From IMG/VR virus record IMGVR_UViG_3300018917_000003: 64,000 bases of DNA, one strand, 5' to 3'. Position numbers and translations under genes: made by a program. The notes under the pieces are model-generated. The model was given only the letters and a program-made list of their open reading frames with translations. It ran no database searches and was not told where the DNA came from. Of this stretch, positions 1 through 8,833 are shown piece by piece. How positions within the stretch are numbered: position 1 is the first letter of the stretch; each line of letters starts with the position of its first letter. Source of the DNA: a virus.

Positions 1-105
1 TAATGACTAATGACTAATGACTAATGACTAATGACTAATGACTAATGACTAATGACTAATGACTAATGACTAATGACTAATGACTAATGACTAATGACCA
101 ATGAC
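1..105. repeat. Tandem heptanucleotide array: (TAATGAC)x14 plus one CAATGAC unit, running off the left edge of the window
   Basis: Perfect 7-nt periodicity from nt 1-98, variant unit at 99-105. The same unit in the same orientation recurs at 57952-57993. Confidence 0.95.
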
Positions 106-130
106 TGACGATTGCCTCAAGCCGCTTTCT

Positions 131-433
131 CTAGTCCCCGCCATCCGCCACGGCGTCTTTGAAGTGCTTACCAGCCGAAAACGCCGGATAGGTAGTTGCA
201 GAAATTGTCAGTGATTTTCCCGTCTGCGGGTTACGCCCTTTGCGCTCTTGCCGCTCTCGTGGCTCAAACGTAGCAAAGCCAACCAGTGTCACTTTCTCGC
301 CGCCATCAGTAACAGCATTTGTAATTGCTTTTAAAATAGTATTCAGCGTCACGGAGACGTTTTTTTCTGTTGTGCCGATCTCACTAGCCACTTGTTTGAT
401 TAATTCTCCTTTGTTCACTTGCCTATCCCTCAT
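131..433 (-). CDS. HU/IHF-family DNA-binding protein
   Basis: NKGELIKQVA...VTLVGFATFEPRERQERKGRNPQTGKSLTISATTYPAFSAGKHFKDAV is a full-length HU signature. The true start may be the GTG at 418, preceded by GAGGGA, giving the canonical MNKGEL-type N-terminus. Confidence 0.9.
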   Translation of the reverse strand: MRDRQVNKGELIKQVASEIGTTEKNVSVTLNTILKAITNAVTDGGEKVTLVGFATFEPRERQERKGRNPQTGKSLTISATTYPAFSAGKHFKDAVADGGD

Positions 434-566
434 CTTTTCGCGATGAGTATCTTGCTAATAATTAAATATTTATATCTTTAATTAATGTGTTTTTGGAACT
501 AAAGTTGTCAATATATTGAGATGTTTTATTTTTTATATTTTTCAGTCTTTTTGTCGTACGATCATA

Positions 567-1217
567 CTAATTACCGTAAGTAATATCATTAATACCCGAG
601 TCCCATCCAGCACTAAAGGTGATTGTTATATTTGTGCCTACATTTGTCCAACCAGTCGTAATCATTATTGGATTTTCTACTAAGGTAAAGAATCCGTTTA
701 TTGTTGGATTAATATTGTCAGAAATACTCCAGGTAGAATTCTCTACTCCTGTACTTAATTTAATATTTTTTAAACGAGTACCCGCTGGGATTATAAAATT
801 TTGGCTATTAGAGTTGTTGTGATAAAACCAACCACTTGTTGAACTAAACCCAAAATAATTCCCCGCTCCCCAAGTTTCTATTCCGAAATCAATACCACCG
901 TGAACACCGTTAACCAGATTATCTCCAGTCGTAGGTATATCCTCAAAACTATAAATTATGTCATTTGTCGGCATTGGAGTTGGTATTGGAGTTGGTATTG
1001 GAGTTGGAGTTGGAGTTGGAGTTGGAGATAGATTTGTAACTTGAATTTTGGTTGAACCTATGATGTTAACGCCAACAACAAATTCACCAACAAGTTCTCC
1101 GGGTTCGCTGATTTTTATATTGAATGAAAACTTGCTATTTTCCTGTATTATTGTTTTGCTTAAGCTAAACCTCATTATTCTTCCTCTATTAGTGGAGCTG
1201 ATTGTCCGCAACAGCAA
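567..1217 (-). CDS. Hypothetical protein with a PT-rich linker (PTPTPTPTPIPTPIPTPMPT) between a small N-domain and a beta-rich C-domain
   Basis: 216-aa ORF lying between the two HU genes. Two domains joined by a Pro-Thr linker. The start may be the internal Met at 1175. Confidence 0.55.
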   Translation of the reverse strand: MLLRTISSTNRGRIMRFSLSKTIIQENSKFSFNIKISEPGELVGEFVVGVNIIGSTKIQVTNLSPTPTPTPTPIPTPIPTPMPTNDIIYSFEDIPTTGDNLVNGVHGGIDFGIETWGAGNYFGFSSTSGWFYHNNSNSQNFIIPAGTRLKNIKLSTGVENSTWSISDNINPTINGFFTLVENPIMITTGWTNVGTNITITFSAGWDSGINDITYGN

Positions 1218-1226
1218 TTATCCACA

Positions 1227-1526
1227 TTAAGCTGCCTCTTCAGTCTCCATACCCTGCTTGATCGCGTCTTTAAACGCTTTGCCGGGTGAGAAGACAGGAA
1301 CAACCGTTGCAGGTATAGTTAGCAATTCCCCTGTCTTTGGGTTGCGCCCTTTGCGCTCTTGTCGTTCTCGTGCCTCAAACGTCCCGAATCCAACTAGCGT
1401 CACCTTATCGCCGCTGGCAACGGCTGCTGTGATGGTTTCTAAGATTGCGTCAAGCGTCGCTCCTGTCTTTTTCTCAGTGCCACCGATGCGGGCGACCACT
1501 TTTTTGATCAGTTCTCCCTTGTTCAT
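1227..1526 (-). CDS. HU/IHF-family DNA-binding protein (second paralogue)
   Basis: MNKGELIKKV...VTLVGFGTFEARERQERKGRNPKTGELLTIPATVVPVFSPGKAFKDAI is the canonical HU pattern. Confidence 0.92.
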   Translation of the reverse strand: MNKGELIKKVVARIGGTEKKTGATLDAILETITAAVASGDKVTLVGFGTFEARERQERKGRNPKTGELLTIPATVVPVFSPGKAFKDAIKQGMETEEAA

Positions 1527-1528
1527 TT

Positions 1529-1729
1529 TTATGCTTCCTCCGCTGGTTGCGATTTTTCTAGTTTGGTTGGATTAGATTGCGACGTTGATTCTTTCTGTGC
1601 CGCTTCTGTTGGTTCAGAGGCTTCTGTTTCCGGTTGTTCTCCTGATTGTTCTTTAGACTTGATTTTTTCGGTGGGTTCTTCCAAGGTTTCCGACTGCGTA
1701 ACTTGAGATGTTTTGGTTGTTTTGGTCAT
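1529..1729 (-). CDS. Hypothetical acidic low-complexity protein (E/T/S/Q-rich)
   Basis: 66-aa ORF whose stop lies 2 nt before the HU start at 1526. Composition is biased and no motif was recognised. Confidence 0.4.
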   Translation of the reverse strand: MTKTTKTSQVTQSETLEEPTEKIKSKEQSGEQPETEASEPTEAAQKESTSQSNPTKLEKSQPAEEA

Positions 1730-1762
1730 GATGTTTGGTTATAAATTAGATTAATTCTAGCA

Positions 1763-2845
1763 TTAAAACCATTGTGTAATCACTGCTTCGGCTACTTTTT
1801 GCATCATTTTAGGTGGGACACTCATGCCGATCATGTATTTGCCTATTTTGTCGCTTTTAGCTTGATAGTCGTCAGGGAATGAGCCTAAGCGCTTCCATTC
1901 TCGATAGGTTAAGCAACGGCATTTATTCCAGTGAGTAAAAAGCTTTGGATTGGCAGACAATGTGATACTTGGTTCAATTGGTGATAATTTTCTGTGCTGG
2001 GGAAAACTGTCTTTTCCAGATTCTTTTTCACAAGCAACAGAGTATTTTAAATCTGCCTTAGTCTTATCCCAAAACCTGACATCTGTTGGTATTGGTTTAG
2101 TCTCGCTAATTTCATCATCCGTTAAGACCTACGAATCGCTAGTCGCCTTGCCCACACTAATCCATTTATGCGTGGGCACTAACACTAATTTAGGTTTAAC
2201 AATATCGCCACGCAGGGCAATAAAAAATACTCGCTCTCGTTTTTGTGGGACGCCACAATCAGCAGCGTTGACTAGGAATAATTGAGCGTTGTAGCCTATC
2301 GCCCGAAACCTCTCCATAATTAGCTTGCAGTAGCCTTTGGCGTTACCCTGTAACATTTCTTTGACATTTTCAGCGATCGCTACTTTAGGTTTTAGATCCT
2401 CAACTAAATCTAGCCAATCAAAAAATAAGTCGTCTAATACTTGTTTTGCCTGTCCTTCGCGAGAATGCTTGTCCTTGCCCCAACCTTTTTCTCTACTGCC
2501 TGCCATGCTGAAGACAGAACAGGGTGGGCTACCATCCAAAATATCTAACTCGTACAATTCTTGAGGTAATTGTTTTTTGAGCAAATCCTTAATCGGACAT
2601 AAAAAATAATATTTGGGATTTAGATTGAGTTTGTAATGATATGCCATCTCCGGGTCAATATCATTAGCAGCTATCACGTCGCAGCCTGCCAGCTTGTAGC
2701 CCATTGAACTACCGCCACCGCAGCTAAAAGTTGTCATTACTTTTAACCCGTTTTGTGGGACGCTTTTTAAGTCTTTTAAAAACCAAGCGTGTGGGTTAAT
2801 CGTTAAACTCGAATTGACATTTGGGGCATTTGTGCTCAAATTCAT
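1763..2845 (-). pseudogene. DNA (cytosine-5)-methyltransferase: one reading frame interrupted by a single in-frame TAG at 2129-2131
   Basis: Motif I FSCGGGSS, motif IV GSPPCSVFS, motif VI ENV and motif VIII QKRERVFF lie in 2129-2845. Motif X GMSVPP lies in 1763-1960. My translation of 1961-2128 in the same frame has no further stop. Confidence 0.8.
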
Positions 2846-3419
2846 AGTCGTCGGTGTTTATTTCTTTTGTAGATGATGGTCGATTTGAGTCTTCCTCGTT
2901 GTCATCGGCTGACTCACTTCCTGTTATCAGCGAGTGTAAACTGTTTTCAACTGATTCAAAATCAATACTGAGAGGCGATTCCCCCGATCGGCTCAATGAC
3001 TCTAACTCGTTTTCCAACAACTCTGGATCGTATAGCTTTATTAACTCATCAATTGCCAACATTCCTCCAAACATTGTTAGGTTATCATCCCAGGCATAAG
3101 CCCGTGCGATCCCCTCTGACTCCGCATCAACCCCGAACAGCACCGGGACGCACCACTCCCCCGTCTCCGTGTCTTGAGCAATCCCGATCGGCAAGTCATC
3201 GCCCCGCTCCTCCATCACTCTTAGTGCCTCAACGCGACCGTTACCCGCAACGATGCCGCCGCGTCCGTCGTTGAGTGTGCTTTCCCACTTCGCGGCGTTC
3301 TTGAATCCGTACCTGGTTATTGATTCAATGATCTGATCTAGGTTGTGCAACTTGGCGTTACTGTCGAAAAGTTCAGCCTGGGAGATGGGGATGTATTTGA
3401 GAGTCAACAGATCGGTCAT
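2796..3419 (-). CDS. ParB-like nuclease domain protein with a C-terminal CxxC zinc-ribbon-like tail
   Basis: IPISQAELFDSNAKLHNLDQIIESITRYGF...IVAGNGRVEALRVM matches the ParB N-terminal/Srx-like pattern. The C-terminus has CPKC. It sits next to the methyltransferase, as is common in phages. Confidence 0.65.
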   Translation of the reverse strand: MTDLLTLKYIPISQAELFDSNAKLHNLDQIIESITRYGFKNAAKWESTLNDGRGGIVAGNGRVEALRVMEERGDDLPIGIAQDTETGEWCVPVLFGVDAESEGIARAYAWDDNLTMFGGMLAIDELIKLYDPELLENELESLSRSGESPLSIDFESVENSLHSLITGSESADDNEEDSNRPSSTKEINTDDYEFEHKCPKCQFEFND

Positions 3420-3459
3420 AATTAGAAGGTATTAAAAACTATTAAAAAATATTTGACAA

Positions 3460-4152
3460 GTGGCTACAACTAAAATTTCAACAGAGAAAATAATTAGAGC
3501 TGCCGAGATGTCGTTTGACGGGATGTCTCAAGTGGCGATCGCGGAAAAACTTGGTTTTACCCAAGGAAGGATTTCTCTGATGCAAAAAACAGAGACTTGG
3601 CAGCAGACGATCACCCGATTGGAAAATCTCAAACAAAAAGCACAAGCCGAAGCAGAGCGACAGCAAAAACTCATTTACTCCAGTGATTTCGATCGGCGGT
3701 TTGAACAATCTCGTCAGATGGTTAGTGTTTGTGCTACCACTTATTCTAAGCTAATGCTTGTAATAAATAAAGCGTTAGACGAAATTAACAAAAATCCATC
3801 TGAAGTTGATATTAAGATCCTTCCTAACTTGATAAAAGTTGCGCTACAGCTACAACAAGAAGCGTCTGGCAGACATTATGATGAGATTGAGGCGCTTAAA
3901 GTTTTAGCGGATGCAGGATGGTTGCCACGTTCAGTATTGAAGTTAGCAAATGACGAAAATCTCAAGCTTAAGTCAAACCTTCGAGAGGCGTTTGCGGGAA
4001 TCATCCCTGATCGTCCCGAAGAAGAGGGGTGCGGACTTACTCCAGAAACAGCAGCAGCGATCGGGTGGCGCATCTTGGGTATCGAACCCGCCGATATTGC
4101 TACGCTATCAGCAGAACTGGATTCGGGATCAATCTCCGATCAAGATTTGTGA
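3460..4152 (+). CDS. Putative terminase small subunit (N-terminal HTH)
   Basis: HTH-like MSQVAIAEKLGFTQGRISLMQ followed by a coiled coil, immediately upstream of and overlapping the large terminase. The call rests on position and architecture. The start is uncertain (GTG at 3460 or ATG at 3505). Confidence 0.5.
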   Translation: MATTKISTEKIIRAAEMSFDGMSQVAIAEKLGFTQGRISLMQKTETWQQTITRLENLKQKAQAEAERQQKLIYSSDFDRRFEQSRQMVSVCATTYSKLMLVINKALDEINKNPSEVDIKILPNLIKVALQLQQEASGRHYDEIEALKVLADAGWLPRSVLKLANDENLKLKSNLREAFAGIIPDRPEEEGCGLTPETAAAIGWRILGIEPADIATLSAELDSGSISDQDL

Positions 4153-5359
4153 GAAGAGTAGGCGGATCGGAATTAGTTGGGCAGATGCCGCTGATTCGGC
4201 GTTAATTGCGGCTCAAAATAACGGGTGCGACAGTTGGTATGTTGGGTTTAATTTTGACATGAGCCGACAATATATAGAAGATGTTGCATATTGGGCAAAA
4301 GGTTACAACTTAGCTTGTTCGGGTATCAATGAATCAGTTATTGAGGAGCCAGATAAAAATATTCTCGCTTACACAATTCGATTTGATTCAGGATTCAAGG
4401 TGACAGCTTTGTCGTCGCGTCCGGCAAACCTGCGGGCAAAAAAGGGACGGCTACGGATTGACGAAGCAGCTTTCCACAATGATTTAGATGAATTACTTAA
4501 AGCAGCGCTTGCTATTAATATGTGGGGTGGCAAGGTTGCTATTTGGTCTACACATAACGGCAAAAACAATTATTTTAATGAGTTAATTGAAAAGTGTAAG
4601 ACAGGAGAACTTAAATATAGTTACCATCGCTATGATTTGGCGACAGCACTTGGCGATGGTTTATATCATCGAATTTGTTTGAAATTGAGGCAGAAATGGA
4701 CGTTAGAAGGTCAACTCGTATGGGAACAGGAATTGAGAGAAGCTTACGGCATCAACGCACGGGAAGAATTAGATTGCATCCCGTTTGAGGCGAAAGGCGT
4801 TGGGATGGTCTTTAAGCGCGAATGGTTTGAGGTTGTTGACTTTGCGCCGCGTGGCGGTCAAATTCTCAGGTTCTGGGACTTGGCGGCAACAGTCAAGGAC
4901 ACTGCATACTTCACCGCTGGGGTTAAGTTGCAATTTGTTGATGATGTCTACTATGTCTTAGATGCGATCGCCGAACAAGTCTCTCCAGCCGAGGCGGATC
5001 AGCTAATCTCAAACACGGCATTAATGGACGGCAACACTTGCGCTGTTTATTGGGAGTTAGAGGGTGGTAGTGCCGGGATTCGGGACGCCGTACACTTGCA
5101 AGATTTGTTGTCTGGGTTTTCAGCAGAAGCAGTTAAACCACAAGGCGACAAAGTAAAACGGGCGGTTCCCTTTGCGTCAGAGGCTATGCGGGGCAATGTC
5201 AAGCTGGTACGGGGTGATTGGAATGATCGATATCTCAACGCGCTGTACAAATTTAACGGCAGTCGTCAACCCTTAGTTAATGATTTTACTGATGCCAGCT
5301 CTGGGGCTTTTTCTTGCGTTGAGAAAGAAAGTAATTTGTTAGTGCGGGCATTTGGGTAA
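3950..5359 (+). CDS. terL: Terminase large subunit
   Basis: YQQNWIRD...KSRRIGISWA N-terminal ATPase region and a C-terminal nuclease-like tail ending ..VNDFTDASSGAF... The ATG at 3950 overlaps the upstream ORF by 203 nt, so the true start is probably later and non-ATG. Confidence 0.8.
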   Translation: MTKISSLSQTFERRLRESSLIVPKKRGADLLQKQQQRSGGASWVSNPPILLRYQQNWIRDQSPIKICEKSRRIGISWADAADSALIAAQNNGCDSWYVGFNFDMSRQYIEDVAYWAKGYNLACSGINESVIEEPDKNILAYTIRFDSGFKVTALSSRPANLRAKKGRLRIDEAAFHNDLDELLKAALAINMWGGKVAIWSTHNGKNNYFNELIEKCKTGELKYSYHRYDLATALGDGLYHRICLKLRQKWTLEGQLVWEQELREAYGINAREELDCIPFEAKGVGMVFKREWFEVVDFAPRGGQILRFWDLAATVKDTAYFTAGVKLQFVDDVYYVLDAIAEQVSPAEADQLISNTALMDGNTCAVYWELEGGSAGIRDAVHLQDLLSGFSAEAVKPQGDKVKRAVPFASEAMRGNVKLVRGDWNDRYLNALYKFNGSRQPLVNDFTDASSGAFSCVEKESNLLVRAFG

Positions 5360-5407
5360 AGGGTAGATAGCGCCCGATCATCCCTGCGGTTTGAGAAGGT
5401 CAACACA

Positions 5408-5662
5408 TCTGCGGTATCCAAGCGAGTTAATACCGATCGGCTGGCGATTGCGCTTGAGGGTGGCACGGTTTGCTATCCCCCCAACTGGCAAGGTATTGAA
5501 GAGATGAAAAACTTTTCTACAAAAGACAGAAAAGCTGTCGCGGGTCATGATGACTGCGTAATGGCTTGGGCAGCGGCTTGGGTCTGGATTGGGGAGTTGA
5601 TAACTGTTGAAGAAAATTTGCTGGCGCGCGCGTTTGGGTTATGTCGCAAACTAGCGCCCTAA
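5408..5662 (+). pseudogene. Remnant of a second, divergent terminase large-subunit 3' end
   Basis: In frame after the terL TAA. It translates to ..RLAIALEGGTVCYPPNWQGIEEMKNFSTKDRKAVAGHDDCVMAWAAAW..ENLLARAFGL, parallel to the last ~70 aa of terL (..GNVKLVRGDWNDRYLNALYKF..VNDFTDASSGAF..SNLLVRAFG). There is no plausible start codon. Confidence 0.6.
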
Positions 5663-7042
5663 CAATTTAGCTTGCTTAATGTTTTCTGGAAGTGGATCAA
5701 CGACTACAGTCCACAATCGCTCAACTCCTGCTTTTTTGGCTGCTTCGTAAATAAACGAATTACCTACTACTTCGTATTCATAATCCTTAGTTTGCTGGAT
5801 AGGTACAGGTATCCAGTTTCGTCCAGCGGCTTTAATTAGTTTTGCTGCTTCTGCTACAGATTCTGCTGACTCAGAATGCGGTTCACCTGGATCTATTTTT
5901 CTTATTTCAAGGTGCATCATTCTTCCGGTATTCTCGCTTGATCGTCTTCTTTCAAATTCTTGTGGCGTTTCATTCTCTACTTTTTTAGGTTTTGCTGTGC
6001 TGATATTGGCTGCTGATTGGGAGTTGGTTGCTCTTTTGTTTTTTAGTTTAACTTGGCTCATGACAGCTTCTTCGTTTTCGTCATCAATTATGATTGCGGG
6101 TAAGTTTTCTCCGCTCAATGGCTTCATTGCTTTAGCAACAATTGCTGCCGCAACTTGAAATTCACCCGACACTATTTTAAACCCTTCACCTTTTCGTCGT
6201 AATATTGGACTTTCAATAAAACCCCCTACTTTTAGCATTGCTTCTGCTGCTGCCATCAATTCATTTTGATCAAATTCTTGTGTGGGTGCTGTTATACGTT
6301 TAACAGCAATAAGCGAAGGAATAAGTTTTATACTACTACCTTTATCTTTTGGTGCATCCACCTCCAGCGCTTTTGCCGCAGCAATTTGTTCCGCCATCTT
6401 TTGAGCCGTCATCTTCCCTGATGTTGTACCCGTGGTTAGCGAAGTAGTTGCAGGTGTTGTTGTCGCAGCCGTCGGCGTTTTGATTTTGGCAGCAATTTGT
6501 CCAGCGATTTCCTGCACTTCTGGCGACATCGGCTGCTTGCAAGGCTTCCCCATCGCACGACATACCGCACCGCACGGGAATGTTTTGCCGGGAGTGCAAG
6601 TCAAGGTTTTTCCGGACTTGTTAGCTTTTGCTTTGACACCTATCTTGGCTTTTGTTGGCGCATCAGCGCGAAAAAACCAGCTATCTAGCTTTTGCTCAAT
6701 CGCCCCTGTTTCTGAAATATCAAAAGCCTCCCGCGCCGAATAAATTGTTTTGAACCGATAGGCATTCTCTGCCTCAGCCAGCAATGAGTCGGCTTTGCTC
6801 GCGGTTTTGCTACCTACTGGCTCATAGGATACCGTGTTAGTTTTCATGTTCAGAATGTACTGAAAAGTCGTTCCATCAGCAATAAATTCGCCAACAATAT
6901 TTCCGCTGGGGCTTTTTCCATAAGTTTTAATGCGGTCGATGCCAGACGTATAATAAATGTTTAATATTTTTAGTAATGATTTAGAAATTTCGGCATTGTT
7001 GCCTCCAGTTTCAGTTAAACCGTTCATTGTAGTAGCTTGCAT
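5651..7042 (-). CDS. Paralogue family member P5: divergent Cys4 N-module plus two ParB/Srx-like C-terminal domains
   Basis: N-part GEFIADGTTFQYILNMKTNTVSYEP and CTPGKTFPCGAVCRAMGKPC parallel the other family members. The C-part has two ParB-like units (..GGFIESPILRR..FKIVSGEFQVAAAIVA and ..NWIPVPIQQTKDYEYEVVGNSFIYEAAKKAG). AGGAGA lies 8 nt upstream of the ATG at 7042. The ORF track extends to 7102. Confidence 0.7.
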   Translation of the reverse strand: MQATTMNGLTETGGNNAEISKSLLKILNIYYTSGIDRIKTYGKSPSGNIVGEFIADGTTFQYILNMKTNTVSYEPVGSKTASKADSLLAEAENAYRFKTIYSAREAFDISETGAIEQKLDSWFFRADAPTKAKIGVKAKANKSGKTLTCTPGKTFPCGAVCRAMGKPCKQPMSPEVQEIAGQIAAKIKTPTAATTTPATTSLTTGTTSGKMTAQKMAEQIAAAKALEVDAPKDKGSSIKLIPSLIAVKRITAPTQEFDQNELMAAAEAMLKVGGFIESPILRRKGEGFKIVSGEFQVAAAIVAKAMKPLSGENLPAIIIDDENEEAVMSQVKLKNKRATNSQSAANISTAKPKKVENETPQEFERRRSSENTGRMMHLEIRKIDPGEPHSESAESVAEAAKLIKAAGRNWIPVPIQQTKDYEYEVVGNSFIYEAAKKAGVERLWTVVVDPLPENIKQAKLLGR

Positions 7043-7058
7043 TTTATTCTCTCCTGAG

Positions 7059-7325
7059 TTAGTAAATTCTATCTGGCTCGTGTTCCGGCGGTGTTCCTTC
7101 ATCTATTATTTTTCCGTTCCACGCTTCTACTGCTGCTTCAGCGATCGTTATGTCGGGCCAGGGATTGGACGGGGAATACAACATAAAGAATGGTTCGTCG
7201 ATCATTGCGGTTCGTATTTCGTTTTGAGTCCACTCATTTAATAAGTCGGCTAAATCTTGATTATTGCTTGTCCATGTGCTATTTTCAATTACTGCATCAG
7301 CCTCGGAGAACTTAACTGTTGGCAT
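7059..7325 (-). CDS. Small acidic hypothetical protein
   Basis: 88-aa ORF. The base after the stop of 7325-8833 is its start, which suggests coupling. No motif recognised. Confidence 0.5.
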   Translation of the reverse strand: MPTVKFSEADAVIENSTWTSNNQDLADLLNEWTQNEIRTAMIDEPFFMLYSPSNPWPDITIAEAAVEAWNGKIIDEGTPPEHEPDRIY

Positions 7326-8833
7326 TATTTTCCTCTTAGTGTGTTATGAATAAAAGCAAAATATTCGGGATCGGTTTTTGCAAAAGCTACCGGATCTCGG
7401 TACATCATTTCCATGCCCATAGACAGGATTTCAGAGTTTTTATCGCTATTAGTCTTCTTCCCCATATAAGCTTTTGGCCACTTGTCCGGCTTCGCTACCT
7501 CATTATCCCCGTAGTTTGAGTTTCCCGTCAACTCGCTGAGCTTTTTCCATTTCTCTCCGGCGGTTCGACTCTCAAAAAACTTCTGCACTTTATCGTGGAT
7601 TTTTGGGTCTGATTCTTCTAGCCAGTGCGCGGCTTCGTGGACAACAACCTCTACAGGGGCTTTATCCGCCATGTAGATGCCACCTCTTCCGTAGAACGAG
7701 CGATCGGCTGCTTTTCCAAAACTGGCATCAAGCGCTGCCACTTTTAAGGTTTTCCCGTCAACAGTATCGACTCCTACCATTTTCTTGAAAGCGTTTATTC
7801 CTGCCACCAGTTTGGTTGATTGCTCTTGGTTTAACGTCCCTGTCTTGGCTTGTGTTTTTGGGTTAGCTAAGCCACCGTTAAACCCTTTCATTTTAGATGG
7901 TGGGTTTACATATAGAAATTGCCTGGCAACGTTTGAAATAAAGTCTTCGTATTTTTTGCTTTTTGCTTCAACCTCTTCGTTCCAGTTTGCTGAGTAAAAC
8001 TTTTTAGCCTCTTTTGACCCCTTTTTTTCTTTAATTTGATTAGCTTGCTTAGTAACTTCTTGTTTTTTGTCAATTATTAATTTTTGCTCACCACCTATAG
8101 CTTCGGATATTTTTTGCAAATAGTTTGCAACTTCAGCCCCAGATTTCATCTTACTGGCTGCCTGCCGTGCAAGTATTTTAGCTTCTGTAAAATTACCTGA
8201 ATCAAATGCTTTTTTTAATCCTGCCATTAACGGGTCTATCGGTGTTTGCTTCCTAACTCCAGCCTTAAACATCCCCGTCCGTTCTTTCTCTAGCGTGTTT
8301 GCTTTAGTTTTTAGGTCGTTAGCAGTGCCGTACCGCGACCACTTGTTATTGCCCTTTGAGTCTAGGTATTTAGCTAACGCTCGGATTTTGTCAATCCGCC
8401 CTTGACTGACGCTCTCGATCGAACCACCAGCCCGTTTAGTCTCTTGTCCTGCACTATTAATCCAACAGGTATGTTGCAAGGGAATGCAGATACTTCCACA
8501 CCCGTAACTGATAGCAGTACAGCGTGGCTTTTTTCCACCTTTTACGGCGTCATACCTAGATTCTAGGGATGTATACCCTAGCGAAAACACGTCAAGAAGT
8601 CTTGAGTCTGTTGCGCTGTCAGTGTTAGTTGTGGCGATCGCAGGTTTGTACCCGATGCGAGATTTTTGAACGGAATAACTGAAGATTCGGCGATTCCTTA
8701 AATCTTGAAACTTGCCAGTGATGTTTCCGTTGTCGCCAATGTCAAACGACAGCAAATTTACTCCTGATCCATAAGCGTCGTTGTTCTCAATGAGTGCTTC
8801 TAATTGTTGTATGAATTCATTTAAGTCTTGCAT
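7325..8833 (-). CDS. Paralogue family member P3: Cys4 N-module plus C-terminal HExxH zinc-metallopeptidase-like domain
   Basis: N-module LEALIENNDAYGS..ITGKFQDLRNRRIFSYSV..IGYKP..CTAISYGCGSICIPLQHTCW..SQGRIDKIRALAKYL. HEAAH is at codons 399-403 (nt 7625-7639). Confidence 0.75.
   Translation of the reverse strand: MQDLNEFIQQLEALIENNDAYGSGVNLLSFDIGDNGNITGKFQDLRNRRIFSYSVQKSRIGYKPAIATTNTDSATDSRLLDVFSLGYTSLESRYDAVKGGKKPRCTAISYGCGSICIPLQHTCWINSAGQETKRAGGSIESVSQGRIDKIRALAKYLDSKGNNKWSRYGTANDLKTKANTLEKERTGMFKAGVRKQTPIDPLMAGLKKAFDSGNFTEAKILARQAASKMKSGAEVANYLQKISEAIGGEQKLIIDKKQEVTKQANQIKEKKGSKEAKKFYSANWNEEVEAKSKKYEDFISNVARQFLYVNPPSKMKGFNGGLANPKTQAKTGTLNQEQSTKLVAGINAFKKMVGVDTVDGKTLKVAALDASFGKAADRSFYGRGGIYMADKAPVEVVVHEAAHWLEESDPKIHDKVQKFFESRTAGEKWKKLSELTGNSNYGDNEVAKPDKWPKAYMGKKTNSDKNSEILSMGMEMMYRDPVAFAKTDPEYFAFIHNTLRGK

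Noticed and set aside
2129-2131. Genome-wide TAG (amber) reassignment as the explanation for the in-frame TAG codons in the methyltransferase and the 57.3-57.5 kb remnant
   Set aside because: The 2445-aa tape measure gene itself terminates at a TAG (32399-32401). Nearly all long ORFs are uninterrupted in the standard code. The 57.3-57.5 kb remnant also needs a frameshift and contains a TAA.
5357-5359. Translational read-through of the terL TAA to make a longer terminase
   Set aside because: The extension duplicates the C-terminal segment already present in terL. A protein with two tandem copies of that tail is implausible, so a recombination scar is the simpler reading.
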